A stretch of DNA of 61,875 nucleotides, from IMG/VR virus record IMGVR_UViG_3300005827_000088, positions 1-61,875 of that record; one strand, given 5' to 3'. The notes under the pieces were generated by a model. That model had not been told where the DNA came from. It saw only the letters and a program-made list of their open reading frames with translations, and ran no database searches. Shown here one piece after another: positions 54,163 through 61,875 of the stretch. The translations under genes and the position numbers were made by a program. How positions within the stretch are numbered: the first letter of the stretch is position 1; the number at the start of each line of letters is the position of its first letter. The DNA is from a virus. Its lineage: Duplodnaviria; Caudoviricetes.

Positions 54163-54271
54163 ACACTGTCCCAAGCACGGCCACAATAGCCTTCACGTGT
54201 CCACACGCTTCGGGTGGAAGTGCCTGGAGTGCATCAAGGAGAGGCGCGTATGCTCGAAGTCGAAGTCGTAA
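54149..54271 (+). CDS. small Cys/His peptide (40 aa)
   Basis: GAGGT RBS; HCPKHGH..WKCLEC. Confidence 0.4.
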   Translation: MTAHKHCPKHGHNSLHVSTRFGWKCLECIKERRVCSKSKS

Positions 54272-54474
54272 CGGCCCGGGGAACGCGCCTGACGGCCCGC
54301 CTGGACGACGGAGCCGTCACTTGGCTGTACCGGGGCCGCGCACTCGCCTCGCTGCCCGTGGTTCCCCTCCTGAAGAGAAAGGCCGGGCTGCACCTGACGA
54401 AAGATGCGGACCCGGCCTATTGGCTGGACTACGATGCACTGGCTCTGACGCTTACAGTCCTTGGAGCAACCTGA
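54250..54474 (+). CDS. early hypothetical protein
   Basis: Start MLEVEVV after GGAGAGG. Confidence 0.5.
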   Translation: MLEVEVVTARGTRLTARLDDGAVTWLYRGRALASLPVVPLLKRKAGLHLTKDADPAYWLDYDALALTLTVLGAT

Positions 54475-55033
54475 ACACCATCCTGGCCGTGGCATGAAGC
54501 CGCCCGTAACCTGGACGATGCCTCTGCGTGAAGTGGGGGTACTCGTCCAGGCTCGTTTCCGAGGCATGGTCGGCGAATGGACCTGGCTTCCAGCCCTCGA
54601 ACGGCTCCAGGCGCAGCATGATGCCATGACGATCAAGGACCCATCCCGCCTCATTCTCGAACCGGCAGTCGTGGACGATGATGTTGTTGCCCATGCGCAG
54701 GTCCTGGGCGACGTAGCGGTCGAAGGCCTTGATCCAGTAATCGCGGTCCTCGGCCCGCCTGTAGTCGGTCCCGTACCACTGCATGGCCTCACGCACGGTC
54801 GTCGTCTCCGAACTCCCCGGAACACCGATAACCAACGCCTTCCCCTCGGTGGTGTAGCACCACTCCAAGGGGAACCCGAAGTATTCCGAGCACTCCTGCT
54901 TGAGCGGATCACCGAAGGCCCGCAGGACCGGGACCCCTTCACCAAAGGCGTGATCCCTGGCCATCAGGTTCTGGAGATGCTGGGCCAGCGTGGTCTTACC
55001 CGATCCAATCTTCCCCGAAAGTCCAATTACCAT
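54452..55033 (-). CDS. deoxynucleoside monophosphate kinase
   Basis: IGLSGKIGSGKTT, FGDPLK, REAMQWYGTD, DCRFENE, HASE. Confidence 0.88.
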   Translation of the reverse strand: MVIGLSGKIGSGKTTLAQHLQNLMARDHAFGEGVPVLRAFGDPLKQECSEYFGFPLEWCYTTEGKALVIGVPGSSETTTVREAMQWYGTDYRRAEDRDYWIKAFDRYVAQDLRMGNNIIVHDCRFENEAGWVLDRHGIMLRLEPFEGWKPGPFADHASETSLDEYPHFTQRHRPGYGRLHATARMVFRLLQGL

Positions 55034-55034
55034 G

Positions 55035-55547
55035 CTAAACCTCCACTTTGTTCAGCCTTGCGTGCTCGCCAAAAAGTGACACCGCAGCGGCATTGTATGC
55101 CAACGCCGCACCCTCCTGCGACTCATGACGGCCCAGCCATTTGAGTCGTCTTCCTACACAGATACTCGCCGACCACTGTCCACTGCCCTTGTCGAACGAG
55201 ACGCCCTTGAACTTAGAGCTTTTCGTCTTCCCCTTGTATGTGCCCTGCGTCCGCTGATTCCTGCTATTCTGCATGGTGGTGACGAGACGCAGGTTCGTTC
55301 TCCTGTTATCCAGGGAGTCGCCATTTACATGGTCCACCTCAAGTCCTTTCGGCGCGTCAACTATCACGCGGTGCATCAACTCAGTGGACACGGCCCCGGC
55401 ATTATATTTTTCTCTTGCAGCCCAGACTCTCTTGGAACCATCCGACCTAATCCGGACATCTGCTTTCCATTTCTTGCCGGACAGATCCGGAAAGTCTTCA
55501 TCATCTACCAGCGCGACATACCCCCTCGTCAGCGGTATCTCTTTCAT
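55035..55547 (-). CDS. HNH homing endonuclease with AP2 domain
   Basis: Start MKEIPLTRGYVALVDDED; MHR..VDHVNGDSLDNRRTNLR; SKFKGVS..AALAYNAAA..FGEHARLN. Confidence 0.92.
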   Translation of the reverse strand: MKEIPLTRGYVALVDDEDFPDLSGKKWKADVRIRSDGSKRVWAAREKYNAGAVSTELMHRVIVDAPKGLEVDHVNGDSLDNRRTNLRLVTTMQNSRNQRTQGTYKGKTKSSKFKGVSFDKGSGQWSASICVGRRLKWLGRHESQEGAALAYNAAAVSLFGEHARLNKVEV

Positions 55548-55569
55548 GCTTGGCTCCTGCCCATCGGGC

Positions 55570-55655
55570 AAAAAAATACCCACCGTGCGCTGCCGCCCTG
55601 CTGGACCCGGAGGACCGACTGGGTGCTAGGTCTTACTCCTAGCTCGCACGGTGGG
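55570..55655 (-). ncRNA. structured leader or attenuator upstream of the HNH-AP2 gene
   Basis: Perfect 11-bp stem cccaccgtgcg (55579-55589)/cgcacggtggg (55645-55655) enclosing a gctagg/cctagc hairpin; followed by TATTTTTTT on the minus strand. Confidence 0.55.
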
Positions 55656-55678
55656 AAATATGTCATCACATCCTCCAA

Positions 55679-55999
55679 CTAATCTAGCAAGGCGGCATCC
55701 CCCTTCTGCCTGGATCTCGTTACGATGTCAACCGCCTGTGCTGCGCTTGTGAACACCTCGCAGATTGCCCCAGCCTTGCGCCATTTGCGCATGGTCGATT
55801 CCTGCCTGGCAGTCGGCACCTCGCCGGGCCGCTTTCCCTCCAGGTAGTACATCTGCCCGTCCCTGCAACAGAGGACATCGAGCTTCTGGTGCCCTGACAT
55901 AGGGCCGCCGTGGAGCTTCTCAGCCACACAGTTGGGCAGTTCGTTGAGCTTGGTGACCGCGGCCTTGACGATGACGGATTCCAGCGGCCCGTTAGGCAT
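55679..55999 (-). CDS. VRR-NUC family nuclease
   Basis: LESVI..LDVLCC..YLEGKRPG..PTARQ. Confidence 0.8.
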   Translation of the reverse strand: MPNGPLESVIVKAAVTKLNELPNCVAEKLHGGPMSGHQKLDVLCCRDGQMYYLEGKRPGEVPTARQESTMRKWRKAGAICEVFTSAAQAVDIVTRSRQKGDAALLD

Positions 56000-56552
56000 G
56001 GAGCTTCTCCCAAATTGCCCTGGTCAGCCGGATGTCCGTGAGCGCATCATGCAACATGCCCTCCACCTGGACACCCATGGCCTCGGCAATGAGGCCCAGC
56101 TTGCGCTTGCGCAGTCCGAGCCAAAATTCTGGACGCTTGGCGACAATTTGTTGCGCGACGCAGATGCCCGGCCAGACCATGTAGCTCATCAAGTAGCTAT
56201 CTCCACACTTGGCTGCCAGGGCGTGCAAGAAGTCCGCGTCGAAGGTCACGTTATAGCCATGCAGGAAGAATTTGTCGTTGCGGTTGTACCTGTCGACGTA
56301 GCTGCTTAGAACCGAAATGAACTCTGCATACCCTGCCTTGTGCTCAGGGTAAGCCATGATCTCGTCGCGAGTCTTGCCCGTGACCGTCAGGGCCTCTTCC
56401 TCGATCTCCGCCCCGGGCCAGGGCTTTAGCTTGCACTCCCATTCACGGACCACCTTCCCGTCGATCTCGACGAGCAGCGCGATCTGGGTGATGGCATGGC
56501 GCCGCGGATCTGTCCCGGTAGTTTCGGAATCCAACCAAAGCCTTTTCTTCAT
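55992..56552 (-). CDS. DEDDh 3'-5' exonuclease
   Basis: LDSETTG, GYNVTFD, HDALTD. Confidence 0.88.
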   Translation of the reverse strand: MKKRLWLDSETTGTDPRRHAITQIALLVEIDGKVVREWECKLKPWPGAEIEEEALTVTGKTRDEIMAYPEHKAGYAEFISVLSSYVDRYNRNDKFFLHGYNVTFDADFLHALAAKCGDSYLMSYMVWPGICVAQQIVAKRPEFWLGLRKRKLGLIAEAMGVQVEGMLHDALTDIRLTRAIWEKLHA

Positions 56553-58225
56553 GAATACAAACCCCTAAGTGTGAACCGTGTTTCCGGAGCCAGGACCGAA
56601 AACCGACTTTTCGCCCTGGTTATGGCAACATATGACAGCCTGATGGACGCGTCGTAGGCTTCACGACTCAGTAACGTCTCTTGGTATACCAGGGAAGGGA
56701 CATCGGGTATCAAAAAAACATGATCAGCTTCCGCTCCTTTTACCGAATGTATCGTCCCGATAATCAGCCTTGGGCGTATGTCCTCAAACTCTCCGCCCAC
56801 CTTCTCCAGGCAGCGCAGGGCATAGTCAGAGGCATCAATGCTCACTCCATTACCGGGGGCGAAGTTCGCCCGCAATAATCCGAGACCTTCCGCCTTGGTC
56901 CCTATTGATATGACCCGCACCATGTAGTCGATGTACTTCTGGTTTTCGGCGTACTGCCAGAGGAACTCCAGCATCCCTTCCGGAGTATCCCCTTCACCGC
57001 TCTCGGCTATGGCCTTGAGCTTGGTCTTGAATCCGCGCCCCCACCAGTCCTTGGGAACGAGCTTGGACCAGGCGTAGAGTTGCTTGGCGGACCAGATGCG
57101 GGAAACCTGTTCCCCGTCGCCCAGGACGTGCTTTGGCTCGACAAAGTCGCGCAGCCTGGACAGGGAGCTTTCCTTCTTGCCTCCCATGACGAGCGGGTTC
57201 CAATCACCTCGACTCACCCGGTAGGGATTGCAGAACGGTACTGCAAGCCTTTTCAACTCTTTGATGAGCGGCCCGAGTGCGTAGGCGCAGGGGGCGAGGA
57301 CCATGACGGTGTCACCGCGCGCGAGATCCTCTTCGATGCGTGTGACCAGCCCCGTGGGCTGCTTCCATTTCACGGGCACGCGGACATCCACACGGCCTTC
57401 TTCTTCGCGTGGCAGGTAGTCCTTGGGCTGCCGGCGGGCCACCTTCTCGATGACGTGCTGGGCGTAGGCCTGGACAGCGCGCGGCACGCGCCAGGACTGG
57501 CGCAGGAACATCTTGTGGTCCTCTCGGACGGAAGACACGAGGGTTGCGGGGTTGGCGCCGAGGAACTGGTACAGGCACTGGTCGTCGTCCCCGGCCATGA
57601 TGAAGAACTCCATCTTCTTGCCCCAGCTGCGCATGAGCTTGATCTGGAGGGGCGTGGAATCCTGGGCCTCGTCGAAGAATCCGACCTGTGCGTTACCAGG
57701 GGCGTACAGCATCTCGCGCTCTGCCGTTTCGATGAGATCGGTGAAGTCCAGCATTTCGTGCTCGCGCTTCCACTCACTCCAGAGCCTGCCGAAGGACCGC
57801 ACCGAGTCCGGCCATGCTTCTTCCGGCACCAGGAGGTTGCGCAGGCGGGAGTATTCCATGTAGGCGCAGTCGTCCTGGGTCAGTCCCGTGGGCCTGTCGT
57901 CGGCCCCTTCGAGGCTGGGAGAGATGTTCGTTCCTGTGAGCAGCATCCCGGCGGCCTCACCGAACTCCTTCAGGTAGGCGTCGGCGATCTTGGGTCTTCC
58001 GAGCGCTCGGAAGCAGTGGGCGTGGAGCGTGCCCACAGCTGAGTCTGGGATGGGGAGTTCCCTGCCGACGATTTCCTTGGCCGCAGCGCGCGTGAAGCTG
58101 GCCACGATGACCTGCTCTGGCCCGACCTTCTCCACAGCCTTCTCGATCTGCCTTTTGAGCCATGTCGTCTTGCCCGTGCCTGGCGGCCCGAACATGGCAA
58201 ATTCCCCGCGTTGCTCATCCGCCAC
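56549..58225 (-). CDS. UvrD-like SF1 helicase
   Basis: FGPPGTGKTT, SFTRAAA, DEAQD, GDDDQ, QSWRVP, TIHSVKGAEAD, YVAITRA. Confidence 0.9.
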   Translation of the reverse strand: MADEQRGEFAMFGPPGTGKTTWLKRQIEKAVEKVGPEQVIVASFTRAAAKEIVGRELPIPDSAVGTLHAHCFRALGRPKIADAYLKEFGEAAGMLLTGTNISPSLEGADDRPTGLTQDDCAYMEYSRLRNLLVPEEAWPDSVRSFGRLWSEWKREHEMLDFTDLIETAEREMLYAPGNAQVGFFDEAQDSTPLQIKLMRSWGKKMEFFIMAGDDDQCLYQFLGANPATLVSSVREDHKMFLRQSWRVPRAVQAYAQHVIEKVARRQPKDYLPREEEGRVDVRVPVKWKQPTGLVTRIEEDLARGDTVMVLAPCAYALGPLIKELKRLAVPFCNPYRVSRGDWNPLVMGGKKESSLSRLRDFVEPKHVLGDGEQVSRIWSAKQLYAWSKLVPKDWWGRGFKTKLKAIAESGEGDTPEGMLEFLWQYAENQKYIDYMVRVISIGTKAEGLGLLRANFAPGNGVSIDASDYALRCLEKVGGEFEDIRPRLIIGTIHSVKGAEADHVFLIPDVPSLVYQETLLSREAYDASIRLSYVAITRAKSRFSVLAPETRFTLRGLYS

Positions 58226-58229
58226 AGTC

Positions 58230-58425
58230 AGAAAACTCCTTCCCCCTTCTTAGGGGACTTCTTGTATTTCAGGAATACACAAGATTACACATCTCATAAA
58301 CGGCCCTTGGTATTCCTACTGATGTTTGTACAGATATACACATTATATCCTAATTTCCTCCTATTAAAAAAATTTGCTACTTTTTTTTAATTCAAAAAAG
58401 TTCCTATAGAAGAGTGAAACGTAAT
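58230..58425. other. AT-rich intergenic region, candidate replication origin
   Basis: One of the most AT-rich stretches in the window, with A/T runs; lies between primase and helicase. Confidence 0.45.
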
Positions 58426-60779
58426 CACCCCACTTTCTCCCCCTCAGACTTCCCACCTGTGGAGACGACCTTCTTGGCGATGTACCTCTGCCACCGCTCC
58501 TGATTGGGCAGCAAGTAGGCTCTGGTCGTGGTCTTGACGATGGCGTCGCCCTCCGTTCTCGTGTAGGCGATGAGCTTTGGCTGCGCGCCCCACTGGACGA
58601 GCGCCGCGGCGACGGCCTTCTGCGAAAGAAGCTGGAGGTCGCGGACATTGTCCCGGAGGGCCGAGAGGATGATGTACATCTCCCCGCCCTTAACGAATGG
58701 CTCACGGCGTTCGACGGCATAGGCGACATCTTCCCTGACGCGCTGCCCGATCCCTTGCAGGTAGCCCTCCACGCAGTTGTCCATGATGCCCTGGTCAGTG
58801 CCATCCGTCCCGACCAGCACCACCTCCCTGGTGATGTGCAGCGCCTTGAAGATGCTGTCCCATCCTTCGATCTTGCGTGGGAAATAGACCCCGGCATCCG
58901 CCACCTTCAGCGCAAGTTTGCTGTATGTGTGGACATTTTCAATTCCACCCAGGGTAACGGCTTCCCCCTCAACGTGCAGCACGTAGGAACTCGGCTCGGC
59001 CTTGAAGCACACGAGTCTCTCTACCTTGGCACCCAAACGGTCGCCGATCTCGCGCATCAGGGCCTCTCGCTGCGTTTCCGACTCACCCTGGGCCTCGGCA
59101 GCCTGGAACTCCGCCAAAAGCCTCTCAATGGCACTGGAGCGATTTTTTGATGGCTTCGGTCCGCGCTTTGGAGCTATGCCAAGTTCCTCCTGGAGCGCGC
59201 GCTTCGCCTCACGCTCGGCCGCAGTGGCATTCTTTCGTGCCTCCCGGCGTTCGAGGACAGCTTCTTTGTGCCGTTCCTCGTCCATCGTGTGGCTGACATC
59301 CTTGGCCGCTTCGTTGCGCAGCTTCTCCTCTGCTCGGTCCTGCTCACTGCGCGCCCGGGCTTCCTTGGCGGTCCTGATGGTTCGCTCGATGTAGTCGGCC
59401 CGGGAACCCTTAGCCACCTCGTCCTGTGTCTTGCCGTGGCGGACGCGGAACTGCCTGATGATCTCGGCGATGACCCGGTCCTCGACGTCGAGGTTGACGC
59501 AGAAGAGGGCCAGGGCGCCGTCGTAGGACGACAATGAATTGTCATTGAACCCGCGCCGGCGGTCCCATGTGGCCTCGAACTTCGGAATGGTGCAGAGGTT
59601 GTCGATGGTGGCGTCGACTATCTGAAGAAGCCCAGGGCCTCCGCCGTCAGGTGCGTCTTCTCCCAGATGACCTTCGCGTCCCGCTCGTCCGTCCCCGGGG
59701 GAACCTGGACCTTGACGACTGCCAGCTTCTTGCCGAAGGCCGTGATCGGGACCACCACAATGGCCCCGCCCTCCCTCATCGAGCGCCTCCTGGCGACCCT
59801 GATCAGGTCGTCCAGCTTCGCCAGGGCGGTGTCCATCGGCACCTCCTGTGGAGTGAGCAGGTCGTCCCCCCTGATGTTCGCCATCGCCAGGTCCTGGACG
59901 GGTCTCTCCTTCCGCAGGTGATCCATTCTCCAGCCGCGATCCACGATCGGCTCCCCGTCCACGTCCATCGCCTGATCCATGCCCATCTCGCGCTCCTTGC
60001 GTGCCCAGCAGCCCGGTGCCCTGGGGTTTGAGTGTTGCTTCGGCGCCCCGCACGCCTTCCATAACCTCCTCGACAGAAAACCGCGGCCCCCCGTCCATCA
60101 GAATGCTGGTTGGCCGCGCGAGATCGCCGGTACCTTTCTTGACGTTCCAGGTTCCAGGCAGCCGCATGACGCGTGCGAGGTCGAAGACGCTGTCGGTGGT
60201 GAGGCCGCGTGCCTGGCAGTGGGCGAGGAGAATTTTGTTCCAGGACTCTGTGAGGGCGGCGGCGACCGGGTGGAACATGATGTCTGAGCGCCCCATGAGT
60301 ATGTCTGAGACCTCGCCCATGGGACGAAGTGTGACGGGCTGGTCGAAGAGCCACCAGCCCTGGATGCCGCCGCCCGAGTGGACGACGAGCGTTGGGGGCA
60401 GGGGCATGAGGTGGAGCAGGGCGAGGGCCTCGTCCACAGTTTTTGGGAGGTTGGCGGCTTTCTTGTGGCAGCCGTCGTCGACGTCCATATCGAGCCAGAG
60501 GCCGGGGATGGCGACGATGTCGGCGGCTTTGCAGCGCTGGTGTGAGCCGAAGGCGCGGTCGGCGAGTCCGCATCCGAGGTAGATGTCGGCGTCCTTGTGT
60601 GGGACGATGCGCTTGAGGAGGTTCGTTGCTTCGGCGACGGACTTGCACCAGTAGGAGCGTTTCTCGGCCTTGGCTCCGTTTGCCGGGTCGCTGGGCGAGG
60701 GCCTGCGTGTCCAGATGAGGAGGTGGTTTCCGGCGGGAATGTCGGCTGGCCAGAGTTGCTGGAGGAAGTTCTGGTACAT
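58425..60779 (-). CDS. RepB-type (AEP superfamily) DNA primase with C-terminal helical and DNA-binding domains
   Basis: DIY, GLWLDMD, PTLVVHSGGG, DLARVMRLPGTWN; later SLSSYDGALA helix-bundle motif; no Walker A recognised. Confidence 0.82.
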   Translation of the reverse strand: MYQNFLQQLWPADIPAGNHLLIWTRRPSPSDPANGAKAEKRSYWCKSVAEATNLLKRIVPHKDADIYLGCGLADRAFGSHQRCKAADIVAIPGLWLDMDVDDGCHKKAANLPKTVDEALALLHLMPLPPTLVVHSGGGIQGWWLFDQPVTLRPMGEVSDILMGRSDIMFHPVAAALTESWNKILLAHCQARGLTTDSVFDLARVMRLPGTWNVKKGTGDLARPTSILMDGGPRFSVEEVMEGVRGAEATLKPQGTGLLGTQGARDGHGSGDGRGRGADRGSRLENGSPAEGETRPGPGDGEHQGGRPAHSTGGADGHRPGEAGRPDQGRQEALDEGGRGHCGGPDHGLRQEAGSRQGPGSPGDGRAGREGHLGEDAPDGGGPGLLQIVDATIDNLCTIPKFEATWDRRRGFNDNSLSSYDGALALFCVNLDVEDRVIAEIIRQFRVRHGKTQDEVAKGSRADYIERTIRTAKEARARSEQDRAEEKLRNEAAKDVSHTMDEERHKEAVLERREARKNATAAEREAKRALQEELGIAPKRGPKPSKNRSSAIERLLAEFQAAEAQGESETQREALMREIGDRLGAKVERLVCFKAEPSSYVLHVEGEAVTLGGIENVHTYSKLALKVADAGVYFPRKIEGWDSIFKALHITREVVLVGTDGTDQGIMDNCVEGYLQGIGQRVREDVAYAVERREPFVKGGEMYIILSALRDNVRDLQLLSQKAVAAALVQWGAQPKLIAYTRTEGDAIVKTTTRAYLLPNQERWQRYIAKKVVSTGGKSEGEKVG
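59618..59986 (-). CDS. nested alternate-frame gene inside the primase linker
   Basis: AAGGAG (59998-59993) 6 nt before ATG 59986; 122 aa of normal composition, while the primase frame here is Gly/Arg/Pro-rich. Confidence 0.6.
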   Translation of the reverse strand: MGMDQAMDVDGEPIVDRGWRMDHLRKERPVQDLAMANIRGDDLLTPQEVPMDTALAKLDDLIRVARRRSMREGGAIVVVPITAFGKKLAVVKVQVPPGTDERDAKVIWEKTHLTAEALGFFR

Positions 60780-60783
60780 GTGG

Positions 60784-61083
60784 CTACTCCGGATAGTCCC
60801 TGGTGAGTTCGATGATGCGCTTGCCGATGAGATCGGCCATTTCGTTTTGGAGGGTGTCGTATTCCTCTCCGTCCAGTTCGAGTTTTCTCATTGCTTCCTT
60901 GGCGGAGTTGGTGAGCAGGTTGACGATCATGGATGCGGCCTGCTGCCTGGGCGTGTTTAGTGACACGGTCACCGACGTAGATGTGTAGCGTATGCTGGGG
61001 TAGTCGCCATAGGCGACGACGACCATGTGGTCGCGGCTGAAGACGCCGGGTGTGTCGTTGACATGGATGGTGATGGCGAACAT
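60784..61083 (-). CDS. hypothetical protein
   Basis: Start MFAITI after GGAGGT. Confidence 0.55.
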   Translation of the reverse strand: MFAITIHVNDTPGVFSRDHMVVVAYGDYPSIRYTSTSVTVSLNTPRQQAASMIVNLLTNSAKEAMRKLELDGEEYDTLQNEMADLIGKRIIELTRDYPE

Positions 61084-61088
61084 AAGGC

Positions 61089-61463
61089 TCACCTCCCTCC
61101 TGTGCAGCGGTCAAATTCTTGGTCGAAGCGCTTGTAGGCTTCGTTCGCGGCCCGGACATCCATGGACGCCTGTGCCGCGCGCAGATCAAGCAGACGCTTG
61201 TGGAGGGTGTCCCAGTTGCGAACGACTTCTTTCCATTCAGGGAAGGCCGCGGCGACTTCGCAGAGCCTGTCTTTCCACTCGGGAATGAAGTCGATGAGCG
61301 CGACGCATCTGCCGAAGTCGCCGGCATCGTGGGGTATGTCCGCGTCGATCTTGTGGGCAGGGACGCCCATCATGACGGCCCAGATGGTCTCGGATGAAAT
61401 TCCTGTGTCGTCACAGGTCATCCACTCGGCCGCGCGCGTGATTGTTTCTGGTGAGTTCTTCAT
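61089..61463 (-). CDS. conserved phage hypothetical protein
   Basis: Start MKNSPE after AAGGAGG; W..DTGISSETI..PHDAGDFGRC..IPEW motif. Confidence 0.7.
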   Translation of the reverse strand: MKNSPETITRAAEWMTCDDTGISSETIWAVMMGVPAHKIDADIPHDAGDFGRCVALIDFIPEWKDRLCEVAAAFPEWKEVVRNWDTLHKRLLDLRAAQASMDVRAANEAYKRFDQEFDRCTGGR

Positions 61464-61875
61464 GATGGCCTCCTTGCCCCGCACTCCGTCCACTGCCCGT
61501 TCGCATCCTCGCGCCAGATCCCGGAGCGCCCGGGCGTGCCTGTGTCGTCGGTCCGGGGATGCCCCTGGGAATCAGTGCGGCCGCCGGGTGAGAGCAGGCC
61601 GCGGTCGAGGCGCCGGAGGAACTCCTCGTAGGTGGTCTCGCGCATGGGCGTGCTGCTGTCTCCGTTCGGGCGCCAGAGGATGACTTCCGGCTGCAGGACC
61701 CACTCGATCTTGGGTATGGTCTTGTAGAACTTCCGGAGTTTGGCGTAGAGTCTCGCCTTCCAGTCGTCGTGGTCGGCCGGTATCTGTTGGCGCCGGGCCT
61801 CGGTCAGTTCGGGTTCGCGCCGGAGTGCCAGGCCGACAGGTTTATCGTCATGGGAGACGATGACGATGCGGTGGA
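61460..61875 (-). CDS. hypothetical protein, 5' end outside the window
   Basis: Frame is open from 61873 (HRIVIVSHDDKP...) to the TGA at 61460, which overlaps the next ATG. Confidence 0.55.
   Translation of the reverse strand, partial: HRIVIVSHDDKPVGLALRREPELTEARRQQIPADHDDWKARLYAKLRKFYKTIPKIEWVLQPEVILWRPNGDSSTPMRETTYEEFLRRLDRGLLSPGGRTDSQGHPRTDDTGTPGRSGIWREDANGQWTECGARRPS

Noticed and set aside
1-61875. Window as a complete circular genome
   Set aside because: The truncated gene at base 1 (DUF1937-like) is not continued by the reading frames at the right end, and no terminal overlap was seen.

Overview
The window is most of a GC-rich, podovirus-like tailed phage genome; both ends cut through genes, so it is not a complete circle. 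I recognised no integrase, repressor or DNA polymerase. From left to right: (1) 1-6.2 kb, minus strand: accessory genes, including a C5 DNA methyltransferase split over two overlapping reading frames, an HNH-AP2 endonuclease and a Lar-like Zn ribbon. (2) Back-to-back TTGACA promoters, then a plus-strand block at 6.3-15.8 kb: SNF2 helicase, PAPS-reductase-family protein, tRNA-Pro(TGG), DUF1351, SSB-like, HU-like and small genes, plus a candidate kissing-loop RNA. (3) 15.9-50.1 kb, minus strand, the virion operon: terS, terL, portal, scaffold, major capsid, adaptors, tail proteins, an embedded DUF5675/holin lysis cassette, tail nozzle, ejection proteins and a 4154-aa polyvalent protein (ParB-like, Strawberry-notch-like helicase, GHKL ATPase, two HExxH domains). 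(4) 50.3-54.5 kb, plus strand: small early genes separated by long hairpins. (5) 54.5-61.9 kb, minus strand, replication genes: RepB-type primase containing a nested alternate-frame gene, AT-rich origin candidate, UvrD-like helicase, DEDDh exonuclease, VRR-NUC, HNH-AP2 and dNMP kinase. The most interesting signals are the polyvalent protein with its GHKL module, two cases of same-strand dual-frame coding with their own RBS, and two unexplained structured RNAs. All family calls come from motif recognition by eye, not from database searches.
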